A stretch of DNA of 64,000 nt from Trueperaceae bacterium (GCA_965215565.1 CBDCDZ010000004.1:320001-384000), one strand, 5' to 3'. Positions 40,075 to 49,366 are shown, numbered from the stretch's first letter. Numbers and translations are program-made. Notes: generated by a model from the letters alone, not told the origin.

Positions 40075-40227
40075 TAGCAGTTCCACTTACCGTTGCTTGA
40101 GTGCAACTATGCGAAGCAACACTTCTCCGCAGATATCATCCCTGAAAGTACGTGCTAGGCGATGTTCTCTTTAGTAAGAGTGTTGCTTCGCATGGCTTCG
40201 CCCAAGCTGACCAGATGATACCTGCTA
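40075..40227. mobile_element. MITE, TAGCAG family, ACA target duplication, with two 21-bp modules
   Basis: ACA-TAGCAGTTCC...GATACCTGCTA-ACA; modules at 40098-40118 and 40184-40204. Confidence 0.88.
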
Positions 40228-40470
40228 ACAGTACAGCTCCCCCATTCTCCGGCAGCATAGCTGCTTAGACATCCTGCAGTTGCGTAGGAATTTAGGGAAA
40301 GGTAGAGATTTAGCCGATCGAGAAGTCGCGGCAAGCGTGACGAACGAAACGCTTTTAGCAGCCGAGGCAGCTTTGAGAGCCCTCATCTTTGCAGTTCCCG
40401 AGACGAAGAATACATTTCTAAAAAGGACACTAAGTTTTGCCTGGGTTCGCTTAAGCTGAAACCAAAAAAC

Positions 40471-40572
40471 AACCCCGCCAGGTTTCAGCGGCACCTGACG
40501 ATCACCTCTTATGGCTGCTTCTTCCGACCTGACCAGGTTCGAGGGTCGCCACCGCGCTGAGCCGACGGGGTT
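40471..40572 (-). ncRNA. ffs: SRP RNA (small bacterial 4.5S type)
   Basis: Minus strand contains GAACCTGGTCAGGTCGGAAGAAGCAGCCATAAG (helix 8, GGAA tetraloop); ends AACCCCG/CGGGGTT pair; U-tract follows; TGGTATTCT -10-like element upstream. Confidence 0.88.
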
Positions 40573-40731
40573 AGAAAGAGAATACCACACGCTCCTTGAA
40601 GAGGGCAAAAGGGGAGAACAAACGAACCTAGAGAATTTGTGTAAATCAGCAGTTCCGCGACATACCGAGGCAGATTACCGCTTCTTTAAGGTGCGCTGCC
40701 TCCTTCCTCATAGCCGCTAGAAAGTGACTAT

Positions 40732-40891
40732 TAGCAGTTCCACGACATACTGAGATTGAGCGCAGATCTCTGTCCGCAAGGACTAGCGTTACGGGCAGGC
40801 CGCCCTGCCGTTGCGGGATTTCATCCCCCAAAGTGCGTGCTAGACTGTTCATTTCTCACTAAGGGTGTCTCTGACCAGATGATACCTGCTA
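40732..40891. mobile_element. MITE, TAGCAG family, TAT target duplication
   Basis: TAT-TAGCAGTTCC...GATACCTGCTA-TAT. Confidence 0.88.
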
Positions 40892-40934
40892 TATGTTACG
40901 CACCTCTACGCACGCTGCACCCTCTAAAAACGCT

Positions 40935-41780
40935 TCAGTAGCCGAAGCGCCCTAGCGTTCTCTCCACGCGCTGCACGTAGCTCCCGCCGAAAAGGGTCAC
41001 GTGGACGAGCAGCGGGTAGAGGTTGTAGAGGTGGCGGCGTTCTCCGAAGCCTCCGCGAATGTCCCTCAGCTCGTCGTAGCGCCTGAAAAAGCGCTCTCCA
41101 AAGGTGTCGAAGAGGCTGATATACGCAAGCTCCATCTCGGCGTCGGCGTAGTAGAGCGCGGGGTCTAAAACGCCGGTGACGGCGTCCCCTCGCGCCAACA
41201 CGTTGCTGCGCCAGATGTCGCCGTGGATTAGCGAGGGATGTGGGGGCGCGTCCAAGAGGTCCGGGAGGGCTTGGGCGAGCGACTCGAGTCTGTCACCCAA
41301 CCTTGCGGACAAGTGGCCGGACTCGAGCGCCAACCCCGTCATGTAGCGCAGGCGGTGCTCGCGGAAGAAGTCCACCCACACGTTCGTCCTCGGATTAGGC
41401 TGTGGCAGCGGACCGATGAGGGTGTCCTTTTCCAACCCGTACTGCTCAGCGCGCACCTCGTGCAGTGCGGCGAAGAGTTCGGCGGCGTGGGGCTCGGCGC
41501 GTTCCAGGTTCTGCGGGCTGCCGGGGAGGTACTCCAGGACCAAGAGCGTGTCCGAGGCGTAGATGACTTCAGGAACGGGCAGGGAGCTATGGTCTCTAAG
41601 ATAGGCGAGCATGAACGCCTCGAGCTGCAAGTCCCCCTCGTCGTCCACCTTCGCTACGGCGCTTCCGCCCGCGTAATGCACCCCGTAGACCTCGGCGACG
41701 CAGCCGCCGCGCAACCTCTTCGCTGAACGAAGCTCCGCGCCCAAAATCTCGCCGAGCTGGGCTCTGAGCGCGTCTTTCAC
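40935..41780 (-). CDS. Fructosamine kinase family protein
   Basis: PSLIHGDIWRSN, DPALYYADAEMELA and YPLLVH motifs. Confidence 0.9.
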   Translation of the reverse strand: MKDALRAQLGEILGAELRSAKRLRGGCVAEVYGVHYAGGSAVAKVDDEGDLQLEAFMLAYLRDHSSLPVPEVIYASDTLLVLEYLPGSPQNLERAEPHAAELFAALHEVRAEQYGLEKDTLIGPLPQPNPRTNVWVDFFREHRLRYMTGLALESGHLSARLGDRLESLAQALPDLLDAPPHPSLIHGDIWRSNVLARGDAVTGVLDPALYYADAEMELAYISLFDTFGERFFRRYDELRDIRGGFGERRHLYNLYPLLVHVTLFGGSYVQRVERTLGRFGY

Positions 41781-42256
41781 CCCGCCACCTCTCGGCGGAC
41801 GTGCGCCAAGAGCCCTTCGGACGCCGCTTCAATGAGGTCCAGTACGCGCTCGAATCCGCCGCCGCCACCGTAGTAGGGGTCGGGCACGTCCGCCTCGTCT
41901 ACTTGCGCGTAAGAGAGGAACTTCTGAGCCCTCGGACACTGGGGCTCGACGATCTGGCGGTTCGCTTCGTCCATGACGAGCACGTAGTCGAAGTATTCAC
42001 AGTCGTCTCGGCTGATCTGGCGGGCGCGCTGCGCCGAGAGGTCATAGCCGCGCCGCTTAGCCGCGCCCTGTGACCGCTCGTCCGGCGCGTCACCCACATG
42101 GTAGCCGTGCGTGCCCGCCGAGTCGACGCGGACGCGCCCACTCAACCCTTCGCGCTCCACCAAGCTGCGGAAGACGCCCTCGGCGGTAGGCGAACGGCAG
42201 ATATTGCCGGTGCAGACGAAGAGGACGGAAACCGTCCGTTGGGCAGAGCGCTTCAT
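41777..42256 (-). CDS. Low molecular weight protein-tyrosine phosphatase (ancestral start probably 42420)
   Basis: VCTGNICRSPTAE P-loop; DSAGT; DPYYG. Confidence 0.95.
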   Translation of the reverse strand: MKRSAQRTVSVLFVCTGNICRSPTAEGVFRSLVEREGLSGRVRVDSAGTHGYHVGDAPDERSQGAAKRRGYDLSAQRARQISRDDCEYFDYVLVMDEANRQIVEPQCPRAQKFLSYAQVDEADVPDPYYGGGGGFERVLDLIEAASEGLLAHVRREVAG

Positions 42257-42389
42257 ACGGATTCCGATTGATTCGCTGACAAGCGCGAATCAATCCGAAC
42301 GGATGTGAGTAGGAAAAAGGATACGGATGAAGTGTATGGGCGATCACCGAGGCTTCTTCTTGGTAATAGGGAGTTAGACGGAATCCGTA
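42256..42389. mobile_element. Deinococcus-type dispersed repeat/MITE with TACGGATTCCG termini
   Basis: TACGGATTCCG...CGGAATCCGTA inverted ends, flanked by TCA/TTA; internal hairpin GATTGATTCGC...GCGAATCAATC. Confidence 0.8.
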
Positions 42390-42712
42390 TTACAGGGCGC
42401 TCTGGAGCGGCTGGAGTCATGTGAGGTCTCCTCGAGGATGAGCTTCATTGAATACGGACGTCTTTTGCACGGCTGCGGTGCGGTGTCAAGGTGTGGCTGA
42501 GCACATTGCGGTTTAGCGAGACACCCGAATATAGGTGCGTTATATCATGGGGCGACTCGAGTCGTCCTCACCTTCGAATCAGCTACCCTTACACGAGAAA
42601 CCGCCCATGAAACAAAAAAATCACAAGCAGAAGTATTGTGAAATAAATCATTTACAGAGTACGCTCGAATTAGCTCCGAGTCAAACTAAAAACAAATTAA
42701 GTCAGGAAGTTG

Positions 42713-43080
42713 TAGCTATCCTTAGAGTGTGTACCAATTGCGTAGTTTGCCGTTAGGAAACGATGTTCTTATAAGTAAGAGCGTTGCTTCGCTTCTCCCG
42801 AAGGTGCGCGAAGCCTCCGTCAGGAAGGGCTTGCGCGTTAGCCAACGAAGTTACGCAAACGAAGTTTCCCTTTCGCATACAGGTGATCGCTGAACAGGTG
42901 AAGGCTAAGAGCCTAGTGAGCTTTGCTCTAACCTGAGGTGAAGGCTAAGAGCCTAGTGAGCTTTGCTCTAACCTATGCGAACGGTTTTCAACCGTAACCT
43001 GTGCGAAAACGGCGTGACCGGGAATGGCTTCGATCAAGCTGACCAGATGATTGCGCGAAGCTTTACGAAGTAACCTGCTA
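42713..43080. mobile_element. Heavily nested TAGCAG-family MITE containing a tandem 39-bp repeat (42896-42934, 42936-42974)
   Basis: Backbone CGATGTTCTTATAAGTAAGAG...AGCTGACCAGATGA...ACCTGCTA; left end approximate. Confidence 0.7.
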
Positions 43081-43233
43081 TATAGAGCGAAATCACCGGC
43101 GATTCGCACGTTCCCAGAGACACGTCCCGAGAGAGCAGGAACGAATCTTGCAGGAGTGCTCAACTGTCCAAACCTCTCTGCTGCAGTTGAGCCGCCCAGG
43201 AGGTTGTGCGGGGTTCGCTCTTTCGGAAGAGCG

Positions 43234-44250
43234 CTAGCGCACCTCGAGCCCTAATTCGATCAGCCGCGTGATCAGCTCTCTATAGGGCAAACCCGTCGCT
43301 TCCCACAACTTGGGGTACATGCTCGTCGCCGTGAAGCCCGGCATGGTGTTGATCTCGTTGAGGTAGAGCGTGCCGTCTGCCAAAAAAAAGTCCACGCGCG
43401 CGAGCCCCGCCGCGTCCACCGCGCTGAACGCCTCTTTCGCAAGCTGCTGACAGCGCGCGGCTGTGGACCCGCCAAGGCGCGCGGGAATGTCTAACTGGGC
43501 GCAGCCTTCGGTGTATTTCGTCTCGTAGTCGTAGAAGTCGCCCCCGAAACGAATCTCGCCGACGACGCTCACCTCGGGCGCGTCGTTGCCGAGCACGCCA
43601 ACTTCCAGCTCGCGCGCGCCAGTGAGCCCTACCTCGACGACGACGCGCCGGCCATACCGCGCCGCGAGGGAGAGCGCCGCGCGCAAACCCGCCTCGTCCT
43701 CCGCTCTGCTGATACCCACCGACGAGCCCAGATTGGCGGGTTTGACGAATAGGGGATAGGGGAGACCCTGCAGGGTGCGCAAGACCTCTTCGGGGCGCTC
43801 CAGCCAGGCGCGCCGGTCAACGCCCCGGTAAGGCACCTGCGGCAAGCCGTGGGCGGCGAAAACCGCTTTCATCATCAGCTTGTCCATGCCGACGGCGCTG
43901 CCTAGCACGTCTGAGCCGACGAAGGGGAGCCCCATCAGTTTGAGGAGACCCTGGACGCTGCCGTCTTCGCCCAGAGGACCATGCAACAGGGGAAAAACGA
44001 CGTCGAACGCGCCAGGATCGAGGTGTTGAAGTGACTGCCCGGCTATCTCACGCGCATCTAGACGCCCATCCGAGCCGAGCGCCCGAGCCGAAACGTCGGC
44101 TGGCAGTAGCCGCCCCGCTCTGTCGATGACCAGAGGCGTCACTGCGAAGCGCCCACCCGCCGCCGCCACCACAGAACGCGCCGAGGCGAGCGACACCTCG
44201 TGCTCCTCGGACTGACCGCCGCAGAGGAGGAGCACCCTGGGTTTAGCCAC
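43234..44250 (-). CDS. ddl: D-alanine--D-alanine ligase
   Basis: GGQSEEHEVS, HGPLGEDG, KPANLGSSVGI and NEINTMPG motifs. Confidence 0.97.
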   Translation of the reverse strand: MAKPRVLLLCGGQSEEHEVSLASARSVVAAAGGRFAVTPLVIDRAGRLLPADVSARALGSDGRLDAREIAGQSLQHLDPGAFDVVFPLLHGPLGEDGSVQGLLKLMGLPFVGSDVLGSAVGMDKLMMKAVFAAHGLPQVPYRGVDRRAWLERPEEVLRTLQGLPYPLFVKPANLGSSVGISRAEDEAGLRAALSLAARYGRRVVVEVGLTGARELEVGVLGNDAPEVSVVGEIRFGGDFYDYETKYTEGCAQLDIPARLGGSTAARCQQLAKEAFSAVDAAGLARVDFFLADGTLYLNEINTMPGFTATSMYPKLWEATGLPYRELITRLIELGLEVR

Positions 44251-44516
44251 GCCGACCTCTCACGGGCAACCTTAAATTCGTGTGTAAGTTACACATACTT
44301 TCAGCTTACGCTGCTCAAAGGTGAGAGTCAAGCGTCGCATACCTTCTCGATTTACAACGTCGTTTTTTTAGATCGGTATTGCTCAACCTCTTCTTTGCAC
44401 GGTTAGCCTTACTTAGGCGAGAGGGTGCGCGGCGTAGGGGCACGCAATTTACCACTGTATGAATCGCCCTTGCTTAAACATTAGCGTTTCGCATTTCAAC
44501 GTGCATAATAGAGGAC

Positions 44517-45713
44517 ATGGCCCTGTTTCAGTCCACGTCTCAACCTCTTTCCGAAGTGCTCCGAGAGATTCACGCTGCGCCGCATCTAGGCGTCATTCGT
44601 TTCGCGGGGGCGGGGGCGCAGGCGCTCGCGTGGCTGCACAGCGTGGGGGGGTCCTCGAGGACCCTCTTAGAGGCGACGGACCACTACGCCGCCGCCTCGC
44701 TCGTCCAGGCCGTGGGCTTCGAGCCGGAAAGTTTCGCCTCCGAGCGCGTCGCGCTCGCGTTAGCGAAGAGCGCCTACCGCCGGGCGCAGGTGCTCGCCCC
44801 GGACGCCCCGGTGTTCGGCCTCGGCTGCGCCGCGAGCATCGCCACGGACAGACCCAAGCGCGGCGAGCACCGCGCGTTCGTCGCGTCGCGCAGCCCTTTG
44901 GGTACGTCTTCTTACGCACTCACGTTCACCAAGGGTGCTTTGACCCGCCAGGGCGAGGAGCGCCAGGTGAGCCTTCTCACGCTGCAGGCGTTGGCGAACG
45001 TGTGTGGTTTGCAGAACGCGGACGTCGCCCGCCTAGAGCACCCCGAGTCGGAGCATCCCGAGTCAGAGCGTCCTGAGTTAGAGTACCCCACGCCCCAGTT
45101 CGAGCCCGCGCCCGCGTTGCAGCGGCTGCGTTCGGGCGAGGTATCTTGGGTGAGCGTTGACCCGAACGGGCACCTGCAAGTAGCGAAGAGCGTAGCGGAG
45201 GGGCTCGCGCTTCTCTCCGGCTCATTCAACCCGCTGCACGAGGGGCACAAGGAATTGGCGGACACCGCTTCGGCGCATCTAGGTCAGCGCGTCCAGTTCG
45301 AGCTACCCCTCGTCAACGCTGACAAAGCGCCTATCGACCTCTTTGAAGCGAGCCGCCGCGCGGCGCAGTTCGCCGCTTACGCGCCCCTCATCTTGACGCG
45401 CGCGCCGCTATTTCAGCAAAAAGCTGACCTCTTTCCCGAAAGCACCTTCGTCGTCGGTGTGGACACCGCCATGCGCCTGGTTGCGCCGCGTTTCTATGGG
45501 GGCGAAGCGGCGATGGAGAATGCCCTAGATACCCTAACGGCGACCGGCTGCCGCTTCCTGGTAGCGGGGCGAGAGCGGCAGGAAGCGGGCGACGCGCGCT
45601 TTCTTACTCTGCACGACATCAACATCCCCCGCGCTTATAGGGCGCTCTTTAGCGCGCTACCGGAATCGGTCTTTCGGCGCGACATCTCATCGACTACGTT
45701 GCGCGCCAAATAA
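44517..45713 (+). CDS. CinA-C-like plus nucleotidyltransferase (HxGH) fusion protein
   Basis: N-terminal GGSSRTLLEA...RPKRGEHR; C-terminal SGSFNPLHEGH, VGVDT and DISSTTLR. Confidence 0.75.
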   Translation: MALFQSTSQPLSEVLREIHAAPHLGVIRFAGAGAQALAWLHSVGGSSRTLLEATDHYAAASLVQAVGFEPESFASERVALALAKSAYRRAQVLAPDAPVFGLGCAASIATDRPKRGEHRAFVASRSPLGTSSYALTFTKGALTRQGEERQVSLLTLQALANVCGLQNADVARLEHPESEHPESERPELEYPTPQFEPAPALQRLRSGEVSWVSVDPNGHLQVAKSVAEGLALLSGSFNPLHEGHKELADTASAHLGQRVQFELPLVNADKAPIDLFEASRRAAQFAAYAPLILTRAPLFQQKADLFPESTFVVGVDTAMRLVAPRFYGGEAAMENALDTLTATGCRFLVAGRERQEAGDARFLTLHDINIPRAYRALFSALPESVFRRDISSTTLRAK

Positions 45714-45883
45714 GCGTGGCTCAGCAAATATATGAAATAATATGTTCACGAGCCTGACTATTGTGAAATATTTCTAAAGCTAGTCGATGTGCCCTGAAGA
45801 ATTTTTGAGGACATAAGCACTTTGCCAGCTTGCAAAAGAGTCATCAACCGCATTGGCGGGTTAGTGGGAACGCTCGGAAGTCG

Positions 45884-46420
45884 TCAGCGCGACGTGTGAG
45901 GCGGCTCGGCGGCTTCGAGCAAACTGAGGGCGTTAGAGCCGTAGACGCGCCTGTCGCATCCGGCGAGGAGCGGCAGCGCCGAGCCCGCCGGATGCTGAAA
46001 GATATAGAGGTCTCTCGCCGCGCCCGACTCAGAAATCTGCTGAAAAATCCCCCCCAAGTCTAGCGGGTAGGGAGGTGCGGCAAAGACGATATCGTACGCT
46101 CCGGGGTGCTGCCGCGCGAAGCGGAGCGCGTCGCCCTGCACAACCTCTACGCCCAGCTTGATGTTCCGCGCATTTTTGCGGATCACGCCTGCCGCCTCGC
46201 GACTCACGTCGACACACGTCGCCTCCCAACCTCGCGAAGCTGCCTCTAAACCCACCGCGCCCGAGCCGCTATAGAGGTCTAGAAATGATCCTCTAGGGTG
46301 AAAGCCGAGGATGTTAAAGAGCGCTTCGCGCAGCCGTGAGGGGCTAGGGCGGGTGCCGCGCTTAGGCGTCTCGAGCACCCGCCCCTTCGCCGCGCCGCCG
46401 ATGATACGAGGTTGAGCCAT
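45884..46420 (-). CDS. rsmD: RsmD-family RNA methyltransferase
   Basis: RIIGG, TRPS..RLREALFN, DLYSGSGAVGLEA and APPY motifs. Confidence 0.88.
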   Translation of the reverse strand: MAQPRIIGGAAKGRVLETPKRGTRPSPSRLREALFNILGFHPRGSFLDLYSGSGAVGLEAASRGWEATCVDVSREAAGVIRKNARNIKLGVEVVQGDALRFARQHPGAYDIVFAAPPYPLDLGGIFQQISESGAARDLYIFQHPAGSALPLLAGCDRRVYGSNALSLLEAAEPPHTSR

Positions 46421-46546
46421 CGCCAGAAAGTGTACCGCTCAAGTTGCTTTGGGTAAGCGTGCTAGGTAACGTGCTGAGCAGTGGGCGTGAAGTGAGCGAA
46501 AGCACAAAAATTTCACAAGCAAAAGTGTTGTGAAATAATTCTTATT

Positions 46547-47803
46547 TTACGCGCCCCGCGCTCGTCCCATCGCAGCAGCGTCGTTGAGGAGAATGGCCGC
46601 CGCCTTTTCGCCACTTTCCATCGCGCCCTGCACCGAACTCATGCTCGTCGCTTCGGACGCGATGAGCACATTAGGTAGCGGGGTGGTGTGCCCTAAAAGG
46701 GTGGCGCTAAAGCCCGGCGGCTGAGCGAACTGGGCGTAGGGGAGACGTAGGACGCTGAGTAGGCGCAAGGTGTCAGCGCCTTTGTACCAGCGCCCTAACT
46801 CACCCTTGACGGCGCGCGCTAGCGCGTCGTCTGAAAGCTCGCTCAGCCCCAATACCGTGACCGCCAAGAGGTGCTGTCCCGCTGGCGCAAGCTCGGGGTT
46901 CGTGTTGCTGCTCCACAAGGCGTTGTTGATGAGCCCGTCCTCCGCGTTTAAGAGTAGGCGTGGCTCGGCGCTCAAGACCTGATCGGTCGCGAAGTAGAGA
47001 TAGGTGCTCGTTACTGCGCGCCCCTTCGCTGCGACGCCTGTGAGCCGCCGCAACGTGGGCGGGTCCGCCGCGACGATGACGCGCTCCGCTCGGAATATCT
47101 CACGGTCCGTGTGGAGCGTGACGCCACCTTCGGCCGCCTCTAGGCGCGCGACGCGAGTGCTGAGCTGCAGCTCGAGCCCCTCCGCGAGCTGCGCCGTCAC
47201 CGCCCCGATGCCGCGTCGCGGCACCGCGATCTGACCGTCCATGAGCATCCGAAAGTAGTAGCGAAAGAGCCGCGCGCTCGTGGTCAAGTCACGGTTGAGA
47301 AAGATGCCGCCGAAAAAGGGGGCGAAAAAGCTCCCTACCGCACGCTCTGAAAAGCCTTTTCGCCGCAGGTACGCGAGCGCGGTCTCGTCGGCTCCTTGCA
47401 GAAGCGTATGCGCACCCCCTAACTTGAGCGAGGCGGCGAGCCGGGCGACGCGCAGCTTATCACGCGGGGTCAAAACTGCCGTGCTCAGGGTCGAGGGCAG
47501 GCTGCGGGGGTCACGTAGCGGATCGCCGAGCGCGTCACGCTCACGCCCCCGGTGGACGACTGCAGCCGGGGGCAGGGGGACGAGGTCCAAGCGTTTCAGG
47601 TCAAGGTGACGCTTGACCGCTGGGTACGCTGTAAAAAGGACCTGAAAGCCCCGGTCCAAAGTGAACCCGGCAACAGTTGCCGAGCGCACGCGGCCACCTA
47701 CAGAAGGTTCAGCCTCGAGCACCTTCACTCGGACGCCCGCCGAGCACAACACTTTAGCCGCCGTCAGACCTGCCAACCCCGCACCTACGATGGTAACGTT
47801 CAT
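46547..47803 (-). CDS. FAD-dependent oxidoreductase (flavin amine oxidase family)
   Basis: VGAGLAGL, VGGRVRS, DRGFQVLFTAYP and GAMESG motifs. Confidence 0.88.
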   Translation of the reverse strand: MNVTIVGAGLAGLTAAKVLCSAGVRVKVLEAEPSVGGRVRSATVAGFTLDRGFQVLFTAYPAVKRHLDLKRLDLVPLPPAAVVHRGRERDALGDPLRDPRSLPSTLSTAVLTPRDKLRVARLAASLKLGGAHTLLQGADETALAYLRRKGFSERAVGSFFAPFFGGIFLNRDLTTSARLFRYYFRMLMDGQIAVPRRGIGAVTAQLAEGLELQLSTRVARLEAAEGGVTLHTDREIFRAERVIVAADPPTLRRLTGVAAKGRAVTSTYLYFATDQVLSAEPRLLLNAEDGLINNALWSSNTNPELAPAGQHLLAVTVLGLSELSDDALARAVKGELGRWYKGADTLRLLSVLRLPYAQFAQPPGFSATLLGHTTPLPNVLIASEATSMSSVQGAMESGEKAAAILLNDAAAMGRARGA

Positions 47804-48176
47804 ACCGCCGAGTTTAGCGCTCATTCATCCCCGCGTTTTGACCTGGCGCTGCACAGCCACATCTCTAAGTAACCTGAGTCCGAGGTTTTTCCAGGAGTGC
47901 TTTTCCGTCTCTGATGCGCTTCCTTTCACAAGAGCAAGGCGTACCCGTTGTTCAAACGCCCAAACATTATCGAAAAACGGTGGAACCGCAATCTCGAGAA
48001 GGTCGTCAGCCACCGAAAGTGTAGGATTCGCGTGCCTGACATGAAAGTAACTCCGAACTCAGGTTAAGTAGCCTAAAGAGGCGTGCGCAGGGTCTTCACT
48101 CAATTGAGGAGTGGTCTACACCTTCCTACGCCCGAAGTCTCTTCAAACAAGGAACATATCACCCTGCATAAGAGGT

Positions 48177-49361
48177 TCACGTCTGCGGGTAGACCCGCCC
48201 CTGCGCGCCGCTGTAGCGTGAACTCGGGCGGATCAGCTCGTCCTCGCCGCGCTGCTCTAAGACGTGCGCGGTCCAGCCGCCGACGCGGGCGAGCGCGAAA
48301 ACGCAGGAGAAGAGTTGGGCGTCTAAACCCACGCCGTGTAAGACGAGCGCCGTATAGAACTCGACGTTCGTCTGCAAGTTGAGGTTCGGCTTGTGCGCTT
48401 TAAGGGACCGTAAAACAACCTCTTCAACAGTTTTGGCGTCGCTGTAAAGTTGCGCGTCTCTCTCGGCGAAGAGCGTATCCGCTGCGCGGGCGAGCACGTC
48501 TGCGCGCGGATCGCGCACCCGGTAGACGCGGTGACCGAAACCCATGATGCGCTCCTTTTGCGCCAACCTCTCTCGCACCCAAACCTCGGCTTCTTGCGCG
48601 ATACTCTCCTGCGACGCTTCAGCGCGGCGCTGAATCTCGAAGACCATGTCCATCGCCGGCCCCGGCGCGCCGCCATGCAAAGGACCCTTGAGCGCGCCGA
48701 TCGCGCCCACCACCGCCGAGACCAAGTCCGAGCGGGTGCTAGCGATGACGCGCGCTGTGAATGTGGAGTTGTTCACGCCGTGGTCAACGACGGTGTTGAA
48801 GTACGTCTCTAAAGCGCGCGCCGCCGCCTCTGCAGGTTCCTCGCCGCGCAGCATGTAGAGGAAGTTAGCGGCGTGAGACAAATTCGCTCGCGGCTCTATG
48901 GGCCCCTGCCCTAACCGCAAGCGCCAATAGGCGGCGAGGACGCTCGGCAGCGCGGCGATGAGGTGCACAGCGCGGCGCACCTCGGCGGGTTTCGAGAGGT
49001 CAGACGTCGCCTCGTCGCTGAGGCTCAAGGTGTCCGCCCCGAGGCGCAGCGCGTCCATAGGCGGCAGTGTACGCTCGGCTGCGCGCCGCAACACGCTGAG
49101 CGTCGGTTCGCTCAGCGTGCGCCGCGCCGTCAGTTCACGTTTCAGTTCGAGCAGCTCTGCTCCGGAAGGTAAGCGGTCGTTCCACAGTAAGAAGAGCACC
49201 TCTTCGAAGCTCGCCTGAGGTGCGAGGTCCTCTACTGGGAAGCCGCCAATGAGCAGGCTACCCGCCTGACCGTCAACCGAGCTGAGCCGAGTTTCACAGA
49301 AGATGACGCCCCTCAAGCCGTGAGCGACGTGCTGCGCGTTTGTCGTCTTTGCGTTCATCAT
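48177..49361 (-). CDS. Citrate synthase/2-methylcitrate synthase
   Basis: DHGVNNST, GPLHGGA, GFGHRVY...DPR and NVEFY motifs. Confidence 0.92.
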   Translation of the reverse strand: MMNAKTTNAQHVAHGLRGVIFCETRLSSVDGQAGSLLIGGFPVEDLAPQASFEEVLFLLWNDRLPSGAELLELKRELTARRTLSEPTLSVLRRAAERTLPPMDALRLGADTLSLSDEATSDLSKPAEVRRAVHLIAALPSVLAAYWRLRLGQGPIEPRANLSHAANFLYMLRGEEPAEAAARALETYFNTVVDHGVNNSTFTARVIASTRSDLVSAVVGAIGALKGPLHGGAPGPAMDMVFEIQRRAEASQESIAQEAEVWVRERLAQKERIMGFGHRVYRVRDPRADVLARAADTLFAERDAQLYSDAKTVEEVVLRSLKAHKPNLNLQTNVEFYTALVLHGVGLDAQLFSCVFALARVGGWTAHVLEQRGEDELIRPSSRYSGAQGRVYPQT

Positions 49362-49366
49362 GCTCC

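Noticed and set aside
40225..40852. ORFs 40225-40608, 40511-40720 and 40646-40852
   Set aside because: They overlap the SRP RNA and MITEs and have no recognisable motifs
40075..40891. Composite transposon carrying the SRP RNA
   Set aside because: Each MITE has its own matching 3-bp duplication (ACA, TAT), indicating independent insertions
42896..42974. Two identical 39-bp direct repeats as a mini-CRISPR
   Set aside because: Separated by 1 bp (no spacer), no cas genes in the window, and the unit recurs as a dispersed module at 59385
47825..48045. 62-aa ORF between the oxidoreductase and citrate synthase
   Set aside because: No motif or convincing start; may be a gene remnant but cannot be supported
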